From assembly GCA_963755025.1 (NCBI GenBank), contig CAVWIH010000014.1, forward strand, positions 192,001-256,000: DNA of 64,000 nt. Direction: 5' to 3'. The position numbers and the translations under genes were made by a program. The notes under the pieces are model-generated. The model was not told where the DNA came from, did not search any database, and saw nothing but the letters and a program-made list of their open reading frames with translations. Within the stretch, counting starts at the first letter, position 1. Each line of letters starts with the position of its first letter. Positions 21,703 through 32,480 of the stretch are shown here, piece after piece. The DNA is from an uncultured Actinomycetes bacterium. GTDB lineage: Bacteria > Actinomycetota > Thermoleophilia > UBA2241.

Positions 21703-23040
21703 ATGAAGCAGCGCGTGCTCGTGCTCGGCGGCGGCTTCGGCGGCGTGGCCGCCGCCCGCCATCTCAGCGACCCCAGGGCCGCCGGCCGCGACGGCGCGGC
21801 CGACGTCGAGGTCCGACTGGTCAACCGCTCGAACTTCCTCACCTACACGCCGTTCCTGGCCGACGTCGCCGGCGGCACCATCGCCGTGGTGCACGCCGTG
21901 CCGCCGCTGCGCGCCATGGCTCCCGCCGCTCACAGCGAGGTGGCCGAGGTCGAGAGCATCGACGTGGCCGCCCAGCGCGTCGCGGTGCGGCTGCCCGACG
22001 GCCGCGCCGAGAGCCGCGAGTTCGACTACCTGGTGATCGCCCTCGGCGCCACCACGAGCTACCGCCACGGCAAGGGCGCCGCCGAGTTCGGCCTGCCACT
22101 TTACGACGTGGCCGACGCCTACCTGCTGCGCAACCGCGTGCTCGAGATGCTCGAACTGGCTTCGGTCAGCCGCGACCCGGCGCTGCGCCGCGAGCTGCTC
22201 ACCTTCGTGTTCTGCGGCGGCGGCTTTTCGGGCATAGAGGGCGCCGCCGCCGTCGAAGACCTGGTCCACGAAGCGCTGCGCTTTTACCCGTCCCTCGGGC
22301 CCGACGAGCCGCGCTTCATCCTGGCGCCGCACGGCGACCGGCTGCTCGCCCAGATCGACGAGCGCCTCGGCACGTACGTGCTCGAGCGCCTGCGGCGGCG
22401 CGGCGTCGACGTGCGGCTCGGCGTCGGGGTCGAGGCGCTCACGGCGCGCTCCGCCACCCTGAGCACCGGCGAGACCGTGCCCACCCGTACCGTCCTCTGG
22501 GCCGCCGGCATCGAGGTCAACCCCCTGCTGCGCAGCGTCGACCTGCCCAAGGATGCCCACGGCGCCCTGCAGGTGGGTCGTAACCTGCAGGTCGCCGGCC
22601 ACGACAACGTCTTCGCCCTGGGCGATTGCGCGGCGGTGCCCGCCGCGCAGCCCGGCTCGTTCTACGCGGCCACCGCCCAGAACGCCGAGCGCGAGGGCCG
22701 GGTCGTGGCCGCCAACATCGCGGCGCTGCTGCACGGCCGGCCGGCGCAGCGCACCTTCGACTACGCCCCGATCGGCAGCCTCGCCAGCCTCGGCCACCGC
22801 GAGGCCGTCGCCCAGCTCAAGGGCGTCAAGCTCGCGGGAGTCGGCGCCTGGTTCCTGTGGCGGGGCGTCTACCTCGGCAAGCTGCCGCGCTTCTCGCGCA
22901 AGCTCCAGGTGGCGCTCGACTGGGCGGGCGACCTGGTCAGCCCGGCCGAGATCACCTACCTGCCGATGGGCGCCTTCGCCGCGGCGCGCGCCCGCGACAA
23001 CGAGCGCCGCGACGAGCGCGACGTGGCCCAGGCGTCGTAG
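21703..23040 (+). CDS. ndh: Type II NADH:quinone oxidoreductase family flavoprotein
   Basis: VLGGGFGG, DYLVIALGA, GGGFSGIE, LWAAG, VFALGD, ATAQNA, GSLASLG, WRGVYL. Confidence 0.85.
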   Translation: MKQRVLVLGGGFGGVAAARHLSDPRAAGRDGAADVEVRLVNRSNFLTYTPFLADVAGGTIAVVHAVPPLRAMAPAAHSEVAEVESIDVAAQRVAVRLPDGRAESREFDYLVIALGATTSYRHGKGAAEFGLPLYDVADAYLLRNRVLEMLELASVSRDPALRRELLTFVFCGGGFSGIEGAAAVEDLVHEALRFYPSLGPDEPRFILAPHGDRLLAQIDERLGTYVLERLRRRGVDVRLGVGVEALTARSATLSTGETVPTRTVLWAAGIEVNPLLRSVDLPKDAHGALQVGRNLQVAGHDNVFALGDCAAVPAAQPGSFYAATAQNAEREGRVVAANIAALLHGRPAQRTFDYAPIGSLASLGHREAVAQLKGVKLAGVGAWFLWRGVYLGKLPRFSRKLQVALDWAGDLVSPAEITYLPMGAFAAARARDNERRDERDVAQAS

Positions 23041-23317
23041 CGGGGCCGCCGAAGAGGGCGGTCACCCGCGGGTCGCCGCCGGCTGTGGGCCGCCGCGGCG
23101 CGAGCGCCCACGGCGCGGCCACCGAGGGGGCTGTGGCACGCCGCGGAAGTTTTTCAGTCCAACGGCGTAAAAACGTTGAACCGATGGAGCCCGGGGCCAT
23201 ATCATCGCCTTCGTGAGGGCGCGGGCACGTCTCGCCGCCTTGCCCAGATACGGATGAGCGCGCGGGTCCCAACACTCCTCGCGCGTGGCCGCGGTGTTCA
23301 ACAGGGGGAGTGCGCAG

Positions 23318-24736
23318 ATGAGGAGCTCGGTGGTCGTGGGTGTCTCGCAACTCGATCTTGCTCGTCTGCAGTTCGCGGCGACGAGCATCTACCACTTCTT
23401 GTTCGTCCCGGTCACGATCGGCCTGGCGTTCCTGGTCGCCATCCTGCAGACGCTCTGGCACCGCCGCGGCGACGAAGACTACCTGCGACTCACGCGCTTC
23501 TTCGGCACCCTGCTGCTGATCAACGTGGCGGTGGGCGTGGTCACCGGCCTCGTGCAAGAGTTCCAGTTCGGCATGGCCTGGTCGTCGTACTCGCGCTTTG
23601 TCGGCGACGTCTTCGGCGCGCCCCTCGCCATCGAAGGCCTGGCCGCTTTCTTCCTCGAATCGACCTTCCTCGGCCTCTGGCTGTTCGGCTGGGGCCGCCT
23701 GCCCAAGGGCGTGCACCTGGCCACCATCTGGCTGGTCGCCCTGGGCACCGTCCTGTCGGCGGCCTTCATCATGGCCGCCAACTCCTGGATGCAGCACCCC
23801 GTGGGCTACAAGATCGACCCGGTCTCGGGGCGCGCCCAGCTCACCAGCATCTGGGCGGTGCTCGTGAACCCGCTGTTCCTGTGGGCCTACGCGCACGTGC
23901 TGCTGGCCGCCGCCGTCACCGGCGCCGGCCTCATGCTCGCCGTGTCGGCGTGGCACCTGCTGCGCCGCTCCGACCACCACATCTTCCACAAGACCGCGCG
24001 CGTCGCCCTCGTCGTGCTCGTGCCGGCCGCCCTGCTCGTGATGCTCGTGGGCAGCGAGCTCGGCGTCTCGGGCGACCACTACCAGCCCATGAAGATCGCC
24101 GCCGGCGAGGCGCTCTGGAACACCTCCCAGCCGGCATCGTTCACGCTCTTCCAGATCGGCGGTTACACCGTCGGCGACCAGAAGCCGAGCTTCGCCATCA
24201 AGATCCCCCACCTGCTCTCGGTGCTGGCGACCAACTCCTGGAACGGCAAGGTCGTGGGCATGAACCAGGTCGACGCCTTGCAGCAGGCCAAGTACGGGGC
24301 GGGCGACTACAGACCCAACGTCTTCGTCGCGTTCTGGTCTATCCGCATCATGGCGTACCTCGCCGGTCTCATCTTCCTGCTCTCGCTGTGGGGGCTGTGG
24401 CTCATGCGCCGCAAGAAGCTCGAGGCCTCGCCCTGGTTCTGCCGCATCGCCATCTGGGCGGTGATCGTGCCCTTCGTCATGAGCACGGCCGGCTGGATGC
24501 TCACCGAGAACGGCCGCCAGCCCTGGATCGTCCAGGGCCTGCAGCTCACCAAGAACGGCGTCTCACCGTCGGTGAGCGCCACCACCATCGGCATCAGCCT
24601 GGCGATCTTCGTGCTGCTCTACGGCGCCATGGCGATCGTCGACGCCGTGCTCATGATCAGGTACGCGCGCAAGCCCCTCGGGCCGCTGCCCGAGCTCGAC
24701 GAGCGCGCCGTTCCCGTCCCCGCGATGACGTACTAA
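23318..24736 (+). CDS. cydA: Cytochrome bd quinol oxidase subunit I
   Basis: LARLQFA...YHFLFVP, QEFQFG, EGLAAFFLESTF, ANSWMQHP, QPMKIAAGE, TENGRQPW. Confidence 0.97.
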   Translation: MRSSVVVGVSQLDLARLQFAATSIYHFLFVPVTIGLAFLVAILQTLWHRRGDEDYLRLTRFFGTLLLINVAVGVVTGLVQEFQFGMAWSSYSRFVGDVFGAPLAIEGLAAFFLESTFLGLWLFGWGRLPKGVHLATIWLVALGTVLSAAFIMAANSWMQHPVGYKIDPVSGRAQLTSIWAVLVNPLFLWAYAHVLLAAAVTGAGLMLAVSAWHLLRRSDHHIFHKTARVALVVLVPAALLVMLVGSELGVSGDHYQPMKIAAGEALWNTSQPASFTLFQIGGYTVGDQKPSFAIKIPHLLSVLATNSWNGKVVGMNQVDALQQAKYGAGDYRPNVFVAFWSIRIMAYLAGLIFLLSLWGLWLMRRKKLEASPWFCRIAIWAVIVPFVMSTAGWMLTENGRQPWIVQGLQLTKNGVSPSVSATTIGISLAIFVLLYGAMAIVDAVLMIRYARKPLGPLPELDERAVPVPAMTY

Positions 24737-24748
24737 AGGAGGCCGGCC

Positions 24749-25807
24749 ATGTCCCTTGCGATACTCTGGTTCATAGTGCTCGCGCTTCTGTGGTGCGGCT
24801 TTCTCTTTCTCGAAGGGTTCGATTACGGCGTCGGCATGCTGCACTACTTCGTCGGCCGCGACGACGACGAACGGCGCGTGGCGATCAACTCGATCGGCCC
24901 CGTGTGGGACGGCAACGAGGTCTGGCTGATCGTAGCCGGAGCCGGCATGTTCGCCGCCTTCCCCGAGTGGTACGCCACCATGTTCTCGGGCTTCTACCTG
25001 GCGCTCGCCGTGGTGCTCGTGGCGCTCATCATCCGCGGCGTCTCGTTCGAGTTCCGCGGGCAGGGGCAAGGCGCCGCCTGGCGGCGCACCTGGGACGCCA
25101 CCCTCACCGTGGGCAGCTTCCTCATTCCCGTGCTCGTCGGCTGCGCCCTGGGCAACCTGCTGCGCGGCGTGCCGATCGACGCCCACCACGAGTACACCGG
25201 CAGCTTCTTCACGCTGCTCAACCCCTACTCCCTGTTCGTCGGCATCACCGTGCTGCTGCTCTGCCTGGCCCACGGCGCCTCGTTCCTGACGCTCAAGACG
25301 AGTGGCCCCGTGCACGACCGCGCCGAGCACCTGGGCGGCTTTCTTTCGCCGCTCGCCGCGCTCGCGGTCCTGGGCTTCACCGTCTGGACGGTCGCCCTGG
25401 TGCATCACGCCGCACGCGCGCCCGTGCCGGTCGTGGCGGTGCTCGCCATGCTGGCGGCGACCTGGTTCGTGCGCTCGCACCGCGACGGCTGGGCCTTCAT
25501 CGCCACCGCCGTCGCCATGCTGGCCACGGTGGCGACTATCTTCGTGTTCCTCTATCCGCACGTGATGGTGTCGAGCACGGCGGCCGTCAACAGCCTGACG
25601 GTGAGCAACGCCTCGTCGTCGTCGTACACCCTGAAGGTCATGACGGTGGTCACCGCGATCTTCTTCCCCCTCGTGCTGATCTATCAGGGCTGGACCTTCT
25701 ACGTGTTCCGTCGGCGCATCAGCGTCGCCGACGTGCAGGGCAACGGCTCGGGCGGTCAGGCCCCGGCCGCCGCGACCCCCGCCGCGGGAGCGACAGGGGG
25801 TCGCTGA
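24749..25807 (+). CDS. cydB: Cytochrome bd quinol oxidase subunit II
   Basis: LEGFDYGVG, IGPVWDGNEVWLI, FAAFPEWYA, RGVSFEFR. Confidence 0.97.
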   Translation: MSLAILWFIVLALLWCGFLFLEGFDYGVGMLHYFVGRDDDERRVAINSIGPVWDGNEVWLIVAGAGMFAAFPEWYATMFSGFYLALAVVLVALIIRGVSFEFRGQGQGAAWRRTWDATLTVGSFLIPVLVGCALGNLLRGVPIDAHHEYTGSFFTLLNPYSLFVGITVLLLCLAHGASFLTLKTSGPVHDRAEHLGGFLSPLAALAVLGFTVWTVALVHHAARAPVPVVAVLAMLAATWFVRSHRDGWAFIATAVAMLATVATIFVFLYPHVMVSSTAAVNSLTVSNASSSSYTLKVMTVVTAIFFPLVLIYQGWTFYVFRRRISVADVQGNGSGGQAPAAATPAAGATGGR

Positions 25808-25813
25808 CCCGCT

Positions 25814-27583
25814 GTGAGGACGCTCGACCCGCGGCTGCTGCGCACGGCGCGCGGGGCGCGCACGGCGCTCGCCGCCGACGTCGCCCTGGGGCTGCTCGCC
25901 ACCGTGGCGCTGCTCGCCCAGGCGACGCTGTTCGCCTACGCCGTCTCGCAGGCCTTTGCCGGCCGCGGCCTCGGCGCGGTCGCCGGGGCGCTCGTCGCCC
26001 TGGCCGCCCTCGCCGTCGCGCGCGGCCTGCTGGCGGGCGCCTTCGAGGCGACCGGGCGCCGCGCCGCCGCGCGCGTCATGTCGCAGTTGCGACTCGAGCT
26101 CGTGCGGCGGCGCACCCACGACGCCCCCACAGCGGCCGACGGCGCCGAGTCGGGCGAGGTGGCGACGGCCGCCGTGCAGGGCGTCGACGCGCTCGAGACC
26201 TACTTCGCGCGCTACCTCCCGCAGCTCGTGCTGGCCGTGCTCGTGCCCCTGGCGGTGCTCGCCTGGACCGTCGCGGTCGACCCCTTCTCGGCCCTGATCA
26301 TGGCCCTCACGCTGCCCCTGATCCCGGTCTTCATGTGGCTCATCGGGCGCTACACCGAACGCCGCACGCGCGCCCGCTGGAACGCCCTCGCCCGTCTCTC
26401 GAACCACTTTCTCGACGTCATGCGCGGCCTCACCACGCTGCGCGCCTTCAACCGCGGCGAGGCCCAGACCGAGCGCATCGCCGCCGTCGGCGAGGAGTAT
26501 CGGGGCACCACCATGCAGACGCTGCGGGTCGCCTTTGTGTCGGGCGCCGTGCTCGACCTGGCCGCCACCCTGGCCACCGCGCTCGTGGCGGTCACGCTGG
26601 GGCTGCGGCTGGTCGACGGCACCGTGACCTTGCGCGCCGCGCTCACCGTGCTGCTCCTCACCCCCGAGCTCTACGTGCCGCTGCGCGCGCTGGCGCTGCA
26701 GTTCCACGCGAGCGCCGACGGCCTGGCCGCCGCCGAGCGCATCCTCGACCTGATCGACGCGCCCGGCGCGGCGCCCGCCGGAGCGGCGGCCGCGCCCCTC
26801 GCCTGGCAAACGCTGCGCCTCGACGGTGTCAGCCTCGCCAACCCGGGACGCCCCGGGCAGGTCCTCGACGACGTCGCCTTCGAGCTGCGCCGCGGCGAGA
26901 TCTGCGCCCTGGTGGGCCGCAGCGGCGCCGGCAAGACCACGGTGGCCGCCCTGCTGCTCGGCTTGCGCCGCCCCGACACGGGGCGCGTGACGGTCGACGG
27001 CGTCGACCTTGCCGGGCTCGACGCCGCCGCCTGGCGCCGCCAGGTGTCGTGGGTGCCGCAGCGGCCCACGCTGTTCCACGGCAGCGTGGCCTACAACATC
27101 GCCCTGGGCCTCGACGGCCTGACAGCAGACCAGGTCGAGCGGGCCGCGCGCCTGGCCGGCGCCGACGAGTTCGTGCGCGAGTTGCCGCACGGCTACGACA
27201 CGACGATCGGTGAAGGCGGGCGCAGCCTGTCGGCCGGCGAGACGCGGCGCGTCGCCCTGGCGCGTGCGCTGGTGCGCGACGCACCCCTGCTGATCCTCGA
27301 CGAACCGACGGCCGACTTAGACGCCGAGAGCGCCGCCGTGGTCACGGCGGCCATCGGCGAGGCGCGCGAGGGCCGGGCGGTGCTCGTCATCGAGCACCGC
27401 CCGGCCCTCGCGCGCCTCGCCGACCGCGTGGTACGCCTGCGCGACGGCAAGACGGTCACGGAGACGGCCGGCGCCGACAGCGCAGGGACTCGTCCGGGAA
27501 CCGGCGCCCCCGGCGACACGACGGCCCCCGGCGCCGCCGGCGCCTCGGCGCCGGTCATCGCACCGGGCGCGGCGCCGGCATGA
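25814..27583 (+). CDS. cydD: CydD ABC transporter subunit
   Basis: YFARYLPQ, LPLIPVFMWLIG, PELYVPLR...QFHAS, GRSGAGKT, LSAGE; follows cydB. Confidence 0.93.
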   Translation: MRTLDPRLLRTARGARTALAADVALGLLATVALLAQATLFAYAVSQAFAGRGLGAVAGALVALAALAVARGLLAGAFEATGRRAAARVMSQLRLELVRRRTHDAPTAADGAESGEVATAAVQGVDALETYFARYLPQLVLAVLVPLAVLAWTVAVDPFSALIMALTLPLIPVFMWLIGRYTERRTRARWNALARLSNHFLDVMRGLTTLRAFNRGEAQTERIAAVGEEYRGTTMQTLRVAFVSGAVLDLAATLATALVAVTLGLRLVDGTVTLRAALTVLLLTPELYVPLRALALQFHASADGLAAAERILDLIDAPGAAPAGAAAAPLAWQTLRLDGVSLANPGRPGQVLDDVAFELRRGEICALVGRSGAGKTTVAALLLGLRRPDTGRVTVDGVDLAGLDAAAWRRQVSWVPQRPTLFHGSVAYNIALGLDGLTADQVERAARLAGADEFVRELPHGYDTTIGEGGRSLSAGETRRVALARALVRDAPLLILDEPTADLDAESAAVVTAAIGEAREGRAVLVIEHRPALARLADRVVRLRDGKTVTETAGADSAGTRPGTGAPGDTTAPGAAGASAPVIAPGAAPA

Positions 27584-29280
27584 AGACGCTCCTCGCCCTG
27601 CTGCGCGCCGCCCGGCCGCCGCGCGCCCGGGTCGCCGCCTCGGTCGTGCTCGGCATGACGTCGGTGCTGTCGGGGGTCGGGCTCATCGCCTTCGCCGGCT
27701 ACCTGATCAGCCGCGCGGCCGAGCGCCCGCCGGTGCTCTCGCTGGGCGTCGTCATCGTGGCCGTGCGCTGCTTCGGCCTCGCGCGCCCGCTGTCGCGCTA
27801 CTTCGAGCGCCTCACCTCGCACGACCTCGCCTTTCGCGTGCTGGCGCGCCTGCGCGTGAGCTTCTTCGCCAGGCTCGAACCGCTCGTGCCGGCCCGCCTC
27901 GAGGGCTACCGCAGGGGCGACCTGCTCACCCGCATGGTGGGCGACGTCGACGCCCTGCAGAACCTCTTTCTGCGCGGTCTGACGCCGCCGCTCGTCGCCC
28001 TGCTGTCCGGCGCCGCCTCGGTCGCGGTCTGCGCCGCCTACCTGCCGAACGCCGCGCTGGTGCTGGCCGGCGGCCTGCTGGCCGGAGGCGTCGTCGTACC
28101 CGTCGTCGCGGCGTACGCCGGACGGCGCTCGGGCGCCCGCCAGGCGAGCGCCCGCGCCGAGCTCACGGTCGAGCTCGTCGAACTGCTGCGCGGCGCCCCC
28201 GAGCTCGTGGTGCTGGGCGCCGACCGCGCCGCCCTCGAGCGCGTCGCGGCGCTCGACGCCGAGCTCACCGGACTGGCTCGCGCCGAGGCTCTGGCGAACG
28301 GCCTGGTCGAGGGCCTCGCCGTGGCCGTCGCCGGCCTGACCGTCGCCGGGGTGCTCGCCGTGTGCATCGCGGCGACCGCCGCCGGAGCCCTCGACCGCGT
28401 GCTGGTGGCCACGCTCGCCTTGCTGGCGATGGCCTCGTTCGAGGCGGTGGCGCCGCTGCCCTCGGCCGCTCTACGCCTGCAGGCCACGCTCAACTCGGGC
28501 CGGCGCCTGCTGGCTCTGGCCGACCGCGAGCCGGCCGTGACCGACCCCGCGGGGCCCGCCGCCCTGCCGGCCGGCTCGCAGCTCGCCCTCGACGACGTCG
28601 GCTTTGCCTACGGCGACGACGAGAGCTGGGACCTTCGCGGCCTCGACCTGCACCTGGCTCCCGGACGGCGCGTGGCGCTGGTCGGTCCCTCGGGCGCCGG
28701 CAAGAGCACCATCGCCGCCCTGCTGGTGCGCTTTCTCGACCCCGACGCCGGCCGCCTCACGCTGGCCGACCGCGACCTGCGCGACCTGCGCCAGCACGAC
28801 GTGCGCTCGCGCGTCACGCTCGACTCGCACGACGCCTACCTGTTCTCGACGACCATCCGCGAGAACGTGCGCCTGGCGCGACCCGGCGCGAGCGACGCCG
28901 AGATCGAGGGGGCGCTCGCCCAGGCCCGGGTCTGGGACTGGGTGCGGTCGTTGCCCGACGGCATGGACACCTTCGTCGGCGAAGAGGGCGCCGCCGTCTC
29001 GGGCGGCGAACGGCGGCGCATCGCCCTGGCGCGTACCTTCCTCGCCGGAGCGCCGGTGATCGTCCTCGACGAACCGACCGGCCACCTCGATCCCGAGACG
29101 GCCGAAGCCCTGATCGGCGACGCGCTGAGCGCCGCCGACACGCGCTCGGTCGTGCTCATCACGCACCGCCCCGAGGGGCTCGACCTCGTCGACGAGGTGC
29201 TCACGCTGCGCCGAGGGCGTATCGTCGACGTACGGCCGGTGCGGCGCCCGGCGGCGGCGCGCCTGCCGGCGCCGGTCTGA
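27580..29280 (+). CDS. cydC: CydC ABC transporter subunit
   Basis: GYLISRAA, VRCFGLAR...RYFERLTSHD, GDLLTRMVGDVD, GPSGAGKST, VSGGERRR. Confidence 0.93.
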   Translation: MKTLLALLRAARPPRARVAASVVLGMTSVLSGVGLIAFAGYLISRAAERPPVLSLGVVIVAVRCFGLARPLSRYFERLTSHDLAFRVLARLRVSFFARLEPLVPARLEGYRRGDLLTRMVGDVDALQNLFLRGLTPPLVALLSGAASVAVCAAYLPNAALVLAGGLLAGGVVVPVVAAYAGRRSGARQASARAELTVELVELLRGAPELVVLGADRAALERVAALDAELTGLARAEALANGLVEGLAVAVAGLTVAGVLAVCIAATAAGALDRVLVATLALLAMASFEAVAPLPSAALRLQATLNSGRRLLALADREPAVTDPAGPAALPAGSQLALDDVGFAYGDDESWDLRGLDLHLAPGRRVALVGPSGAGKSTIAALLVRFLDPDAGRLTLADRDLRDLRQHDVRSRVTLDSHDAYLFSTTIRENVRLARPGASDAEIEGALAQARVWDWVRSLPDGMDTFVGEEGAAVSGGERRRIALARTFLAGAPVIVLDEPTGHLDPETAEALIGDALSAADTRSVVLITHRPEGLDLVDEVLTLRRGRIVDVRPVRRPAAARLPAPV

Positions 29281-29389
29281 CCGGCCCGCAGCGCAAGCGC
29301 GCGCGTGCCGGCGAGGCCCGGCGCGGCGCGCCGGCGCGCGTGCCGGCGGCGTCCGGCGGGCAACAGCGAGACTCGACCAAGGAGGACGG

Positions 29390-29899
29390 ATGGACCTGTT
29401 CGAAGCGATCGGCGCGCGCTACAGCGTGCGCGGCTACACGGGCGACCCGATCGACGACGCCACACTCACACAGGTGCTCGAAGCGGCGCGCCGGGCCCCG
29501 ACGGCCTCCAATCGCCAGCCGTTTCGCTTGATCGTGGTGCACACCCGCGGCCGCGAGGACGAGCTGCTGCGCATCTACGGCCGGCCGTGGTTCGTGCAGG
29601 CGCCCCTTGTGCTGGCCATGGTCGCGGTGCCGGCCGAAGCCTGGCGGCGCTCCGACGACAAGCTCTACGACGAGGTCGACGCCACCATCGCCATGGACCA
29701 CCTCGTGCTCGCCGCGACCGCCCTCGGCCTGGGCACCTGCTGGATCGCGGCCTTCGACCCGGCGGCGGCGCGCGCGGTGCTGGGCCTGCCCGACGACGTC
29801 GAGCCGCTCGCCTTCACGCCCCTCGGGTTTCCCGACAAGCCCTCCGCGAACACCCCACGACGGCCCCTCGCAGAGATCGTCAAGTACGAGCGCTGGTGA
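29390..29899 (+). CDS. Nitroreductase family protein
   Basis: RYSVRGY, APTASNRQP, LAATALGLGTCWI. Confidence 0.92.
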   Translation: MDLFEAIGARYSVRGYTGDPIDDATLTQVLEAARRAPTASNRQPFRLIVVHTRGREDELLRIYGRPWFVQAPLVLAMVAVPAEAWRRSDDKLYDEVDATIAMDHLVLAATALGLGTCWIAAFDPAAARAVLGLPDDVEPLAFTPLGFPDKPSANTPRRPLAEIVKYERW

Positions 29900-29956
29900 G
29901 CGAGCGGTGAGCGTCGCCCGAACGCCCGTCGGCCCAGCCGCCCGACCGCTGCCGCC

Positions 29957-30442
29957 GTGCCGCCCGTGAGCCCCGACGACCTCTGGAAGCTGCCGCCTGC
30001 GGCCAAGGTCTACGAGGCGTTCAGCGCCGTCACCGACGGCCGCGTACACCTGGGCGAGCCCGGGCGGGCCGAGGTCGTCTCGTCGGGGGGCGACCGGCGC
30101 TACGCGGTGGAGTGGTCCGACGACCTCGCCACCATCGGCGCCAACGACAACGCCTCGTACTGGCAGGGCTACCTCGGTTACCCCGCGCTGGCGGCGCTGC
30201 TCGCCGTCGGGGCGCTGCACGCCGACGCGGCCGTCGTCGCCCTGTTCGCCGGCGTGCCGTGGCACGACCTGAACGCGCGCTTCAAGCGCGACTACGAGGC
30301 GGCCGTCGACAGCGTGCTGACAGAGCTCGAGCGCGAGGGCGCCGACCGCGCGGCGATCGTCGCCGAGGTGGCCGGCGTGCTCGAGCAGCTCGCGGCGCTG
30401 GGCCTGCGCAGAGCGCCCCGCCGGCGCCGTCCGCCGCGCTAG
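29957..30442 (+). CDS. Conserved-looking hypothetical protein
   Basis: GC3-biased ORF; KVYEAFSAVTDGRV, NDNASYWQGYLGYP. Confidence 0.7.
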   Translation: MPPVSPDDLWKLPPAAKVYEAFSAVTDGRVHLGEPGRAEVVSSGGDRRYAVEWSDDLATIGANDNASYWQGYLGYPALAALLAVGALHADAAVVALFAGVPWHDLNARFKRDYEAAVDSVLTELEREGADRAAIVAEVAGVLEQLAALGLRRAPRRRRPPR

Positions 30443-30540
30443 CTAGTCGCCGCCGTCGCGCGCCGCACCGGCGAACGCGCGGCCGGCGCGCCACCGCCCC
30501 CCGCGCGCCGGCCGGCGACGGCGCCGCCCCTCGCGCGCCG

Positions 30541-31353
30541 CTAGACCAGGATGTCCTTGCGGCGGAACAGGTACCAGGCCACGGCCATGAAGCCGGCGAT
30601 GTAGGCGGCGAACGTGATCAACCCGGTGACGATCGGGTGCCACGAGATCGGCTGGCTGAGCAGGCCCTGCCAAGCGTCCATGTGGCTCGTGAACAGGTAG
30701 GGCTTCATGAAGTCGAAGTAGCTGAACGCGCCGAGGATGTTCATGACGATGAACACGACGAGCGCCCCGATCGCCGCCGTGAGGCTCGAATTGGTGAGGG
30801 TGGCGAACAGCAGCGCGAGCGACAGGATGCAGATCACGCTGACCAGCACGTAGAGGAACGACAGGAGCGTCAGCCACAGGCCGTGGGTCACGCTCACCGT
30901 CTGGCCCGAGAGCAGGGCGGGGGCGTGCAGCCCGAACGCCAGGGCGCCGCCGATCAGGCCGCCGACGAACACCAGCACCAGACCGATGATGACGTAGATG
31001 ATGGCGATGCCCCATTTCGAGGCGAGCACGCCGCCGCGGCTGATGGAGTGCATGAGCCAGGTCTTGATCGTGCCCGTCTCGGCTTCGCCGGCGAGCTGGT
31101 AGGCGCCGACCATCGAGGCCAGCAACGGCAGCAGAAAGCCGGTCAGCAGGAAGATCGCGGCGACCGGCATGAACAGGCCTTCGTGCTTGGCCAGCGAGAT
31201 CAGGCCGCCGGGGCCGTCGCCCCTGCGGTGGTTGTTGCGGTTCAGGTAGAGGGCCAGCGAGATGAGCAGGGGCACGGCCAGCAGGCCGGCCCAGCCCACG
31301 TAGCTGCGCTTCTGGTGGATCAGCTTGGTGAACTCGCGCCGCAGGAGCATCAT
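30541..31353 (-). CDS. ABC-2 type transporter permease
   Basis: About six TM segments; AGEAETGTIKTWLMHSISRGGVLASK. Confidence 0.88.
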   Translation of the reverse strand: MMLLRREFTKLIHQKRSYVGWAGLLAVPLLISLALYLNRNNHRRGDGPGGLISLAKHEGLFMPVAAIFLLTGFLLPLLASMVGAYQLAGEAETGTIKTWLMHSISRGGVLASKWGIAIIYVIIGLVLVFVGGLIGGALAFGLHAPALLSGQTVSVTHGLWLTLLSFLYVLVSVICILSLALLFATLTNSSLTAAIGALVVFIVMNILGAFSYFDFMKPYLFTSHMDAWQGLLSQPISWHPIVTGLITFAAYIAGFMAVAWYLFRRKDILV

Positions 31354-32352
31354 TTCGCACCTCCCGAGACGCCGACCGCCCCGCCGGTATCGACATCGGA
31401 GCTCTGCGTGAGCCCCAGGAAGAAGTCTTCGAGACCCTGTTCGCGCGCCGGGATGACGGCGTCGACGCCGACGCCCGCCGCGACCAGACCGGCGACCATG
31501 CCGCGCACCGCGCCGTCGTCCGCCTGCACGATCAGATACTCCTCGTCGCGCGCGACGTTCTGGGCGCCCACCAGGGCGGCCACCACGTCGCGCGCCTTGT
31601 CCTGGTCGGCGGTGAGCAGCTTCACCGAAGAGTGCTCGGGGTGCAGCTCGCTCACGGGACCTTCGATCACGACCTTGCCCCTGTTGATGATCACCGCGCG
31701 GTTGCAGACCTGCTCGACCTCGTGGAGCAGGTGCGACGAGAGGAACACGGTGGTGCCGCGGTCACCCAGCTCGCGCACCAGCTCGCGCACGTCCTTCATG
31801 CCCTGCGGGTCGAGGCCGCTCGTGGGCTCGTCGAGAATGACGAGCTCGGGTGCGTTGATGAGCGCGTTGGCGATGCCCAGGCGCTGCTTCATGCCGTGCG
31901 AGTAGTCGCCGACCTTGGAGTCGGCGCGCTCGCGCAGGCCGACGATGTCGAGCACCTCGGCGATGCGCTCCTCGTCGACTGAGCCGTTCAGGCCGCCCAT
32001 GAGGCGCAGGTTGCGCCGCGCGCTCATGTTGCCGTAGAAGGCCGGCACCTCGACGAAGCCGCCGATGTGCTTGAGCGCCTCTATCTTGTCGCGCGGCACC
32101 TGGTGGTCGATCACCGTGGCGTAGCCGCTCGTCGGGTAGATCAGCCCCACGATCATGCGGATCGTGGTCGGTCTTGCCGGCGCCGTTGGGGCCCAGAAAG
32201 CCGAAGACGTCGCCGCGGCGCACGGTGAGGTCGAGATGGTCGACGGCCAGCTTGCCGCCGAAGCTCTTGGTCAGGCCGTAGGTGGCCAGCACGACCGGCG
32301 CGGCGCCCGCCGGCGTGGCGAGCCCGTCGGCGCGCTCCTGGGTCAAGGTCAT
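31350..32352 (-). CDS. ABC transporter ATP-binding protein; frameshift near 32170
   Basis: [11 protein letters not shown] / TTIRMIVGL split by one extra base; [25 protein letters not shown]. Confidence 0.9.
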
Positions 32353-32454
32353 CTTCGATGGTCCTCTCGTTGCTTTCCGTCTGAACGCGTCGCAGAAAGA
32401 CGTCGCGGCGACCGCGCACGGCGCGCCCACGAACAGCACGATACCCGAGCCGTC

Positions 32455-32471
32455 ATAAGGCCGGCGTAAAC
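32455..32471 (-). promoter_or_regulatory. Putative OmpR-type direct-repeat box upstream of the ABC ATPase gene
   Basis: - strand GTTTAC-N5-CCTTAT, then 11 nt and TATCGT. Confidence 0.5.
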
Positions 32472-32480
32472 GGCGCCCCT

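Noticed and set aside
23176-27213. 1345-aa ORF and other long Arg/Ala/Pro-rich ORFs
   Set aside because: Shadow frames over real genes (cydABD and others), expected at this GC content; they contain no recognisable motifs.
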